Shown here: positions 9,688 to 17,607 of the stretch, in pieces
Layout: every line of letters starts with the position of its first letter
Position numbering within the stretch: position 1 is the stretch's first letter
DNA from: Pseudomonas phage 201phi2-1
DNA: 32,000 bases
Sequence record: NC_010821.1
Direction: 5' to 3' (one strand)
Position numbers and translations under genes: made by a program
Notes under the pieces: model-generated
What the model was told of the DNA's origin: nothing
What the model saw: the letters and a program-made list of their open reading frames with translations, nothing else
Databases searched by the model: none

Positions 9688-10476
9688 ATGATCCTTAAAA
9701 ACGGCTCAAAAGGCGATGACGTTATTCGTCTACAACGTAAACTGATTGGCCTTGGTTATTCCGTTAAAGATGACGGCGTCTTCGGGGACAATACTGAGAA
9801 AGCTGTAAAAGCTGTCCAACTCAGGTTCAATCTAAAGGATGATGGTATCGTAGGGAATAACACATGGGCTGTATTGGATACTCCTACTACAACTCGTCCG
9901 GCACTAACAGATAAAGATTATCAATGGGCTGCCGATTATCTCCAAGTTGATCTACCCGCAGTTAAAGCTGTAAAAGAAGTAGAGGCACCGGCAGGTGGAT
10001 TCTTACCAGATGGTCGAGTGACTATTTTGTATGAACGCCACGTCATGTTTAAACGTCTACGGGTTAATGGAATTAATCCTGAACCGTTTGCAGCAGCTAA
10101 CCCTTCGATTGTCAACAAGAGTACAGGAGGTTATCTTGGTAAATCGGCAGAGTATACGCGTTTAGAGCAGGCTGAAAAGATTGATGAGGTTTCAGCATTA
10201 GAGTCCTGTTCTTGGGGCGCTTATCAGATCATGGGCTATCACTGGAAGCTACTTGGCTTCGGTAGTGTTCATGACTTTTTAGCCAAGATGAAAGAATCTG
10301 AGCGGGGTCAGTTAGAATGTTTTGTCAAATTCATTAAGGCCGACGCAGCGTTGCTTAAAAATCTGCGCGCTAAAGACTGGGCTAAATTCGCGGCTGGTTA
10401 TAATGGACCTAATTATCGTCAGAACAATTATGACGTTAAGTTAGCCAGCGCGTATACAAAGTTCGGTGGAAAATAA
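9688..10476 (+). CDS. Modular endolysin: N-terminal peptidoglycan-binding domain plus C-terminal N-acetylmuramidase
   Basis: N-terminal 'GSKGDDVIRLQRKLIGLGY...DGVFGDNTEKAVKAVQ' is PG_binding_1-like. C-terminal 'ERHVMFKRL...SALESCSWGAYQIMGYHWKLLGF...FAAGYNGPNY' matches the phage N-acetylmuramidase family. Confidence 0.93.
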   Translation: MILKNGSKGDDVIRLQRKLIGLGYSVKDDGVFGDNTEKAVKAVQLRFNLKDDGIVGNNTWAVLDTPTTTRPALTDKDYQWAADYLQVDLPAVKAVKEVEAPAGGFLPDGRVTILYERHVMFKRLRVNGINPEPFAAANPSIVNKSTGGYLGKSAEYTRLEQAEKIDEVSALESCSWGAYQIMGYHWKLLGFGSVHDFLAKMKESERGQLECFVKFIKADAALLKNLRAKDWAKFAAGYNGPNYRQNNYDVKLASAYTKFGGK

Positions 10477-10492
10477 ATACCCAACACTATGA

Positions 10493-10534
10493 GTCTTATC
10501 CAACTATAAGACAAAATAGTTGCCTACACTATTT
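10493..10534 (+). promoter_or_regulatory. Two adjacent inverted repeats in the leader of the giant fibre gene
   Basis: GTCTTAT(10493-10499)/ATAAGAC(10506-10512) and AAATAGT(10514-10520)/ACTATTT(10528-10534). Confidence 0.4.
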
Positions 10535-10549
10535 CTGAAGGAATGTAAA

Positions 10550-13500
10550 ATGGCTGATCAAAAGAAAGCTGGTATGATTTCTGGCATGTCGCCTCTGGCG
10601 GTACTGACCGGCGATGAGCTGATGGAAGTATCGTCCCGCCAGCCGGACGGTTCTTGGAAAACATTTTCTATTATCGTAAGTAAGATCCGTACCAATGCTG
10701 GTCTGTCTGCTTATGAAGTTGCCGTAGTTAACGGTTTTGTGGGTACTCAAGCTGAATGGCTTGAATCCCTTAATGGTAAATCTGCTTATCAAGTAGCAGT
10801 AGAACTTGGTTATGTCGGTACTGAGGCCGAATGGCTCGAGTCACTCGTAGGTAAATCGGCATACGAAGATGCCGTCGCCCAAGGTTACAATGGCACACTG
10901 TCCGAATGGCTTAACAGTCTCAAAGGGCAGTCAGCGTACCAAATCGCAGTAGCTAATGGTTTTGTTGGCACAGAAGCGGCGTGGCTTGAATCCCTTAAAG
11001 GTCAGTCGGCCTATCAACTGGCTAAGATCATTGATCCAACCGTTGGTACTGAAGAAGAATGGCTAGCAACGCTGGTAGGTAAATCGGCTTATCAGGTCGC
11101 ACTGGACAATGGTTTTGTTGGCACTGAAGCCGCTTGGTTGAAATCCTTGGAAGGTAAATCTTCTTATCAGGTATGGTTATCCATTCCAGGTAACGAAGAC
11201 AAGACCGAAGTAGAGTTCATCGAGGCCATCACAGGCCAGCAAGGTGAAGATGGTAAATCGGCCTACGAAGTGTGGGTTGAGTTACCTGGCAATGCTGGTA
11301 AAACAGAAGCTGAGTTCTTCGAATCGCTTAAAGGCGAGGGGATGACTCAGGCTAAACTGCAAGAACTGCTGGATCTTGGTTATTACACCACCGAAGGTAA
11401 GTTCGTAGTTAAAGGTACCAACAGTGGTATCGTGTCTAACGCCGGTTACCTGAACTTCCTATTCCTGTTTGACAAGCGTCTGAACAACGTTGATTCTTCC
11501 GACCCAGACAAAGTACCGCAACGGTCTGTCGAAATGGGTCGTATGGAAGCAGAGGGTTACTCTTACTGGAAGAATAGCTCGGCACCATCGGACGAAGGTA
11601 CCCTTCCAGCAGTACCAAACTCCGAAGTTCGGCTGTATGACAACGGCCATTTCCAAATTGGTAGCCTGACTGAATACGTTGATTTCGGTGACGGTAGTAA
11701 AGTAACGGTAGTTACTCCAGCCGGTACTAATACCTACGATCTGGCTGAAGCCACTCAAGGTAGCGATGGTAAGTCGGCTTATCAAATCGCAGTAGATAAT
11801 GGATTCACTGGTACTGAAGCAGAATGGCTGCTCAGTCTCAAGGGTACCAACGGTACGAATGGCACCGACGGGACTGATGGACAATCGACATACCAATTAT
11901 GGGAATCCCAAGCTGGTAACCAAGGTAAGTCGGAAGCTGAGTTCCTAGCCTCCATTAAAGGTGAACCGGGCGAGTCAGCTTATCAGCAAGCAGTCGATGA
12001 GGGTTTTGTTGGTACGATTACCGAATGGTTGGCTAGTCTTAAAGGTGACGATGGCCAATCGGCCTATCAGCTTTGGGAAGCTCTCCCAGCCAATACCGGT
12101 AAATCCGAAGAAGAATTCCTTACCAGTCTTGAAGGCGAGTCAGCGTATCAGGTCTGGCTTGGCCAACCGGGTAATGCTGGTAAAACAGAAGTTGAATTTA
12201 TCGCATCCCTGAAAGGGGCTCGTGGTGAACAAGGTTTGTCAGCTTACCAGATTTGGATCAATGCTGGTAACACAGGTAGCGAAGCTGAGTATCTGGCTAG
12301 CCTGAAAGGTCGTGACGGTACTAATGGTACCAACGGCACGAATGGTGAAGACGGCGCAGGTCTCAATGTAGTGGCTACTGTTAGTCAAGAAGACTTCGAC
12401 CAGATCGTACAAGATGGTACCTCGGTACTTGGTGACGCCTATTTCGTAGGCGAGTTCATGTACGTGTTCAACGGTACCGACTGGGTTAAGTCTAACAGCT
12501 TGCAAGGTCCTACCGGTAAAGGTCTGAACTATCTGGGAGTGTGGCCTAACGGTCAGGCTCTGCCATTGGGTCCTACCTATAACGCTGGCGACACCTACAT
12601 GTGGCAAAACAACATGTGGACGCTGATGGAACAGCCTACCCGTGCGTGGGTTGCTACTGGTGTTCCTGGCCCCGCTGGTAAATCTGCCTATCAGGTCTGG
12701 TTGGAACAGCCTGGTAATGCTGGTAAGACTGAAGCGGAATACATTGCCAGTCTGAAAGGTGACAAGGGTGATGAAGGCGACGTCGGTCCAGATGGTCTCT
12801 CCGCTTACCAAGTATGGTTAGCTCTTCCGGGTAATGCTGGTAAGACTGAAGCGGAATACATTGCATCCCTCAAAGGTGCAAAAGGTGATCCTGCTGCGGC
12901 ATTCGAAATCGTTGATCAACTGACCAACGTATCTGAACTGCCTCGACCAGGTACTCCTGCCAATGCATACTACGTTGGTAAAGACCTGTACGTTTGGTTT
13001 GATTCGAAGTCGGACTACGAGAACCTCGGTTCCCTGGATGGCGCTTCCGCTTACCAAATCTGGCTTGAGAACGGCGGTGTTGGTACTGAAGCTGACTTCC
13101 TTGCTTCGCTGAAAGGTACAGATGGCACTAACGGTACGAACGGGACCAATGGTACAGATGGTAAGAACCTGCAAGTAAATGGTACTCAGGCTAACGAAGC
13201 GGCTATTAAAGCATTGCCTGATCCTGTTAGTCAGGATGCATGGGTTGCTGACGATACTGGTAATCTGTGGATCTACAACGGCACCGATTGGTTTGACGCT
13301 GGTCCATTCCGTGGTCCAAAAGGTGAAGACGGTACAGATGGTACCGACGGCACTAATGGTCAATCGACCTACGAATTGTGGGTAGAACAGCCAGGTAACG
13401 CAGGTAAAACAGAAGCTGAGTTCTTGGCTAGCCTGAAAGGCGCTGATGGTACCGACGGTACGAATGGTACTGATGGGCGTAACGTTACCGTGCTTGGTGG

Positions 13501-14992
13501 ATTGTCGTCACTAGGTTCTATCATTGCTCAACCAAATCCTGCTCAGCAGGATGCATGGACTGCAATGGATACTGGTCGTCTGTATATGTACATCGGTACT
13601 ACGTGGACTGACCTTGGTCAATTCCGAGGTAATCCTGGTGCCCAAGGCGAGCAGGGTGTTGCTGGTCAAGGTCTTGTGATCGTACAAGAAGTTGAGCTGC
13701 TTACTGACCTCCCAGCGGCTTCGACTCTTCGCCCAGGTGACGCAGTCTATGTACTGGAAGATCATAAACTGTATCAAGTGAACGATGCTGGTGTATATGG
13801 TCCCGGTATTCAGATCCAAGGCCCTCAAGGTGCGGATGGTGAAATGGGGCCTCAAGGTCCAGCGGGTACCTCCATTACCATCATGGGTTCGTTTGCTGAT
13901 CTTACAGCCCTGCAAGCCGCACACCCTACCGGTGTAGCCGGTGAAGGTTACCTGATCGGTGACGATCTGTACCTGTATGGTGTTAACCCAACTGGCGGTG
14001 CTACCGAGTGGTACAACGCAGGTCCTGTACGTGGTCCCCAAGGCCTTCAGGGTAACCCAGGCCCTCGTGGTCTGCGTGGCTTGATCGGTGAGACTGGTGA
14101 ACGTGGTTCGTTGTGGCTGGTACTGCCTGAAGGTACCGATACGCCAACACCTGAATATGGTCGGTCCGGTGACTGGGCAGTTAACTCGCAGTTCGACTCG
14201 TTCTACAAGGACGCTTCGACTGGCTGGGCACTGATCGGTCGTCTGGTTGCGGGTGACGTTAACTCACCTCTCCCAGGCCTCGGTAAAGTAGTTCGTGAGG
14301 GTACTGAGTGGGTACCGTTGCCAATCGATGAAGTAACTAGTCCTGTAGTAGGTACTCAATACGTACGTGTTGGTATCGCGGGCGGTAAAACTCAATGGGC
14401 TACACTGACGCTTCCATCAGCAGGTGTACCTGAAGTTCCAGCTAACACTACGGTCCCACAGGGTCGTACCTCTGCTGGATGGGTTGCCGTACTGGCTGCC
14501 CCAACAGGTCAAGTTGCAACTACCCGTTACGAATTGCTTAACGGTGTATTCGTAGCTTCGGCAGTTCAAGCAGCAGCGCCTAGCACTACCGATACAGCGC
14601 TGTGCTATTCGGTGACCTCGGCGGGCGTCGGTTCGTGGGTAACTCCAACGTTTAACCGCTACTCGCTGTTGCAGGATACTGCTGCCCGTAACGGTAACTT
14701 CACCCCAGACTTCTCAGTACAACAGACCTTCCGTATTAACGGTGGTACTGGCTCTAACCCGACTGCGGTGACTTTGCCTGCTGGCACTACTGCACGCACT
14801 ATGTTGGCAGTGTTTGTGGTACAAGGTAACACTAACAAGCTTTCGTTTGTTGCTGGTACCGGTAGCCCAACCATTGGATACAACAACGGTGTTGCAGCAG
14901 CTGACATCGAGTACGGTGCTACCCAGACTGTGATTACTGCATTCTGGAACGGCTTCGGCGGCTGGATCATCTCCAAGGGTCCTTCCTACTAA
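10550..14992 (+). CDS. Giant repeat-rich, collagen-like tail fibre/adhesin (~1480 aa)
   Basis: Start moved from 10520 to ATG 10550 (GAAGGA RBS). 18 'SAYQ(V/I)..' repeats, G-X-Y tracts ('GTNGTNGTDG', 'GPQGADGEMGPQGPAG', 'GNPGPRGLRG'), and a C-terminal domain without these repeats. Confidence 0.85.
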   Translation: MADQKKAGMISGMSPLAVLTGDELMEVSSRQPDGSWKTFSIIVSKIRTNAGLSAYEVAVVNGFVGTQAEWLESLNGKSAYQVAVELGYVGTEAEWLESLVGKSAYEDAVAQGYNGTLSEWLNSLKGQSAYQIAVANGFVGTEAAWLESLKGQSAYQLAKIIDPTVGTEEEWLATLVGKSAYQVALDNGFVGTEAAWLKSLEGKSSYQVWLSIPGNEDKTEVEFIEAITGQQGEDGKSAYEVWVELPGNAGKTEAEFFESLKGEGMTQAKLQELLDLGYYTTEGKFVVKGTNSGIVSNAGYLNFLFLFDKRLNNVDSSDPDKVPQRSVEMGRMEAEGYSYWKNSSAPSDEGTLPAVPNSEVRLYDNGHFQIGSLTEYVDFGDGSKVTVVTPAGTNTYDLAEATQGSDGKSAYQIAVDNGFTGTEAEWLLSLKGTNGTNGTDGTDGQSTYQLWESQAGNQGKSEAEFLASIKGEPGESAYQQAVDEGFVGTITEWLASLKGDDGQSAYQLWEALPANTGKSEEEFLTSLEGESAYQVWLGQPGNAGKTEVEFIASLKGARGEQGLSAYQIWINAGNTGSEAEYLASLKGRDGTNGTNGTNGEDGAGLNVVATVSQEDFDQIVQDGTSVLGDAYFVGEFMYVFNGTDWVKSNSLQGPTGKGLNYLGVWPNGQALPLGPTYNAGDTYMWQNNMWTLMEQPTRAWVATGVPGPAGKSAYQVWLEQPGNAGKTEAEYIASLKGDKGDEGDVGPDGLSAYQVWLALPGNAGKTEAEYIASLKGAKGDPAAAFEIVDQLTNVSELPRPGTPANAYYVGKDLYVWFDSKSDYENLGSLDGASAYQIWLENGGVGTEADFLASLKGTDGTNGTNGTNGTDGKNLQVNGTQANEAAIKALPDPVSQDAWVADDTGNLWIYNGTDWFDAGPFRGPKGEDGTDGTDGTNGQSTYELWVEQPGNAGKTEAEFLASLKGADGTDGTNGTDGRNVTVLGGLSSLGSIIAQPNPAQQDAWTAMDTGRLYMYIGTTWTDLGQFRGNPGAQGEQGVAGQGLVIVQEVELLTDLPAASTLRPGDAVYVLEDHKLYQVNDAGVYGPGIQIQGPQGADGEMGPQGPAGTSITIMGSFADLTALQAAHPTGVAGEGYLIGDDLYLYGVNPTGGATEWYNAGPVRGPQGLQGNPGPRGLRGLIGETGERGSLWLVLPEGTDTPTPEYGRSGDWAVNSQFDSFYKDASTGWALIGRLVAGDVNSPLPGLGKVVREGTEWVPLPIDEVTSPVVGTQYVRVGIAGGKTQWATLTLPSAGVPEVPANTTVPQGRTSAGWVAVLAAPTGQVATTRYELLNGVFVASAVQAAAPSTTDTALCYSVTSAGVGSWVTPTFNRYSLLQDTAARNGNFTPDFSVQQTFRINGGTGSNPTAVTLPAGTTARTMLAVFVVQGNTNKLSFVAGTGSPTIGYNNGVAAADIEYGATQTVITAFWNGFGGWIISKGPSY
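10706..13441 (+). repeat. Region containing 18 degenerate ~25-27 aa repeats
   Basis: Consensus forms are SAYQVAVxNGFVGTEAEWLxSLKG and SAYQVWLxxPGNAGKTEAEFLASLKG, partly separated by collagen-like and small beta-like modules. Confidence 0.9.
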
Positions 14993-14997
14993 GACGA

Positions 14998-15029
14998 CAT
15001 AAAGCCCCTCCTCACGGAGGGGCTTTATG
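14998..15029. terminator. Bidirectional hairpin terminator between convergent genes
   Basis: CATAAAGCCCCTCC-TCAC-GGAGGGGCTTTATG, perfect 14-bp stem with A/T at the base on both strands. Confidence 0.85.
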
Positions 15030-15032
15030 CTG

Positions 15033-15758
15033 TTACTTACCATGAACGCTCATCACACTGAAGTATTTAGAGTCGATGAACTCAAAGTCCATGTGTAAGA
15101 GATTCAACATACGGAATGCATTCAGTGATGCCTGCTTCTGGTCAATTGGCGTTTCACTTACGTCCTGCTCAAAGATCTTTGGAGCGATAAAGTTAAAGCA
15201 GTTAAGTTTAACTTTCTCTAACTCAGGTTTATGCATTTTAATCCATTCAGGAAATTCATACATAACACAAGCGGCAAAGTTTTCATTCATTAACTGTGGA
15301 GTCAATTCAGTCATTGGGATACTAACCAACTCAATAGTCAGGGAATCACCGTACAGCTGATGGAATATATCTTCAAGCCAGTCAAGTTCAGTTGAGTTCA
15401 GAACGTATGGCCAGTAGTTAACAGTCATACCCACCGACGTCAAAGGATCAGCCATTTGATTTAAACGGTTGATATGATCGTCAGTTAACAACCTAAGGAT
15501 GAATGGAACAATCCCCGTACGGATAGACCCAGCTAGCGTGGCTTGTGTATTATCGCCGCCACGCTGAGCGTAGGCTTGGGCAAACTCCTCGTTGCTAATG
15601 AGTCCACCACTTAGTCTATCCCAGAAATCATTTTCACGAAGCCAGTATTCTTTATTATTGATAATGGCTTCAGCAGCAGCTGGGTTAATACGGTTGATTG
15701 TACCCAGTCGTGTGTCTAGATGAATGTCTAGTGGAGTAAGGATACGTTTTAATTGCAT
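15033..15758 (-). CDS. Uncharacterised phage protein (241 aa)
   Basis: Long ORF, tightly packed in a minus-strand operon and ending just after the terminator. Confidence 0.6.
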   Translation of the reverse strand: MQLKRILTPLDIHLDTRLGTINRINPAAAEAIINNKEYWLRENDFWDRLSGGLISNEEFAQAYAQRGGDNTQATLAGSIRTGIVPFILRLLTDDHINRLNQMADPLTSVGMTVNYWPYVLNSTELDWLEDIFHQLYGDSLTIELVSIPMTELTPQLMNENFAACVMYEFPEWIKMHKPELEKVKLNCFNFIAPKIFEQDVSETPIDQKQASLNAFRMLNLLHMDFEFIDSKYFSVMSVHGK

Positions 15759-15760
15759 GA

Positions 15761-16222
15761 TTAACTCTTTTGAGCGTATTCTAAAGTAGTCTCTAATACA
15801 ACTCGCATGTTAGTAGTTGCATACACTACAAAGAACAACCAGTAGTTATCTTTAAGGATCTCGACCAAGTCATGATGTTCAACAGCTTTACCAATTGTTT
15901 CATCATCAACGATCATACTCTTACTGGTGAACGGGATTAATCGTGGTACCATTTGTTCAATGACTTCATCGATGTTATCCACACCCTGCAAGAAGGTAGC
16001 CGTAGTACTGATCAAGGTCTGTTGCATTGAGGTAGGTTTGCGGAACTTTTCCCAAACATACTTTTCAACGTATTTAGAATCCATCATTAGCAAATTGAGA
16101 TCTGAACGGATACCATTCAAGATCTCAATAAACCCAGCACTGTGTGCACTGTCTTCACTTAAGAACAATTCATGGATGGACTCAGTTAACGCAGTACGCA
16201 TTTGTTGATTAGCTTCGTGCAT
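15761..16222 (-). CDS. Uncharacterised phage protein
   Basis: Start moved from 16333 to ATG at 16222 (MHEANQQ), which removes the overlap with the upstream gene. Confidence 0.55.
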   Translation of the reverse strand: MHEANQQMRTALTESIHELFLSEDSAHSAGFIEILNGIRSDLNLLMMDSKYVEKYVWEKFRKPTSMQQTLISTTATFLQGVDNIDEVIEQMVPRLIPFTSKSMIVDDETIGKAVEHHDLVEILKDNYWLFFVVYATTNMRVVLETTLEYAQKS

Positions 16223-16223
16223 A

Positions 16224-16898
16224 TTAAACCAAGTTGTTAGCAAGATGCTGAGCCTTGAGGTAAACCGAAAGAGTCTTGTTAGACTTAACAGTTGAGTCGA
16301 ACTCAGACATAATGGAGTTAATGGAAGCCTCACCAGTTTCGATAATAGATCGGTTCATAGCAAGGTATGCTTGTTCGTCACCACCACGACATTTGATCAA
16401 TTCACGGATCATACTGTGCAGGCCTTTAGAGGCGTTAACCTGAAGCTCAGGAGCGGACAACCTAGCGCCTTTAGAGTCACCGGTAGGCTGACCTGTACGT
16501 TGATCGACAACGTGGTTAGAAGAAGGGATAGAGGCCTTCTTAACGAGCATCTGAACTTGCCTACGGAAAGGTACGATGCCAACCATGTGCTTGTTGGCCG
16601 TTTTATAGACCTGACCAGTTTGTTGGTCCGTTAGGATCAGATGTTGGAACAGTTCAAACTCTAGTTCATCAGCGATATCGTAGATACGCTTCATCTGTAG
16701 AGTTTGTTCCTGTAGGTTCGGTGCGTAAAGAGCCATGATCTCGACATCTGTTTCCAGATTCGCAATCCACTGCTCGAAGTCTTTATCTGACATTCGAGCA
16801 AACAGTTCTTCATAGACCTTCACGTTATCTGAACCGGGAAGGAATTTGTCAATAAAATACAAGGCTTCTTTTTCAGCCTTCTTACGATCGATAGCCAT
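16224..16898 (-). CDS. Uncharacterised phage protein with a weak RNA polymerase beta C-terminus-like segment
   Basis: GGAG RBS before the ATG. Central 'DQRTGQPTGDSKGARLSAPELQVNASKGLHSMIREL' is discussed in findings. Confidence 0.6.
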   Translation of the reverse strand: MAIDRKKAEKEALYFIDKFLPGSDNVKVYEELFARMSDKDFEQWIANLETDVEIMALYAPNLQEQTLQMKRIYDIADELEFELFQHLILTDQQTGQVYKTANKHMVGIVPFRRQVQMLVKKASIPSSNHVVDQRTGQPTGDSKGARLSAPELQVNASKGLHSMIRELIKCRGGDEQAYLAMNRSIIETGEASINSIMSEFDSTVKSNKTLSVYLKAQHLANNLV

Positions 16899-16918
16899 GG
16901 TTAGCTCCAGTTAAAGAA

Positions 16919-17245
16919 TCATAGGATAGAATCCTTAGACTGACACTTGTACATTGGAGCTGCGGCGGTATCGGTACATGCAGGCAGTCTACGCTTACTC
17001 AGGTAAGGTAGTACATTAGCAGTGAAACTACCGATCCACTGCTCAAAAGAATCTGTTTCCAAAAGCGACGCTCGCAATTGAATTGTATCAGCACTGTATT
17101 GCGCCAGTACACCATGAAAGAAATTGTTCAGGGCAGCAATACTATCACAAGAACCCATCCGACGATAAATGTCTTCAGATAGTTCAACGTCACGACCACG
17201 CAAGGCAGTGACAACTAATTGTTTGTAATCGGGTTGAGTTGACAT
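16919..17245 (-). CDS. Small uncharacterised protein
   Basis: 108 aa ORF filling the space between operon members. Confidence 0.5.
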   Translation of the reverse strand: MSTQPDYKQLVVTALRGRDVELSEDIYRRMGSCDSIAALNNFFHGVLAQYSADTIQLRASLLETDSFEQWIGSFTANVLPYLSKRRLPACTDTAAAPMYKCQSKDSIL

Positions 17246-17251
17246 ATAAAC

Positions 17252-17599
17252 CTACTTTATTTCACCACGGTAGATGCACTCCGTGTGTTTATCTAAAAAC
17301 TTGACTAATAAATGTCGGTGACAGAACTTGCCTGGACGGCAGTAACACCCGACTGCTAAAACTTCTACATTAAATAGCTCACTGAAGTATTCTGGAAATT
17401 CAATGAGCCGGTCCTCTAGTAACTGGTTGTAGCCCTTCGTGTAATCGGCTTCAGATAAACCGTTGTACTTATAGGCTGCCAAAAGAGTCCACGTGGGAGC
17501 TAACATCCAATCACCTGACTTAATACTGGTGTCCATGTAGGGCACACCTAAGTCCATAACCTTCCGAACATTTGACAGCTGATAAGTATAAACTTCCAT
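17252..17599 (-). CDS. DUF4326-like small protein
   Basis: C-terminal 'VLAVGCYCRPGKFCHRHLLVKFL' resembles the C-x-C-(K/R)PG-x-x-CHxxxL motif of DUF4326 proteins. Confidence 0.6.
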   Translation of the reverse strand: MEVYTYQLSNVRKVMDLGVPYMDTSIKSGDWMLAPTWTLLAAYKYNGLSEADYTKGYNQLLEDRLIEFPEYFSELFNVEVLAVGCYCRPGKFCHRHLLVKFLDKHTECIYRGEIK

Positions 17600-17607
17600 T
17601 AGCTCAC

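Noticed and set aside
12239-12811. DNA repeats considered as a CRISPR array or mobile element
   Set aside because: The repeats are degenerate and in frame, encoding the SAYQ protein repeat. There are no identical direct repeats with unique spacers.
11459-14041. Several antisense ORFs (11459-11896, 12239-12811, 12818-13363, 13511-14041) opposite the giant fibre gene
   Set aside because: They mirror the repetitive sense sequence and give repeated V/T/R-rich products. These are artefacts of repeat composition.
15761-17599. Whether the unknown minus-strand genes form a toxin-antitoxin or anti-phage defence system
   Set aside because: I found no recognisable toxin, nuclease, NTPase, TIR, reverse transcriptase or methylase motif in these proteins, so I do not claim a defence system.
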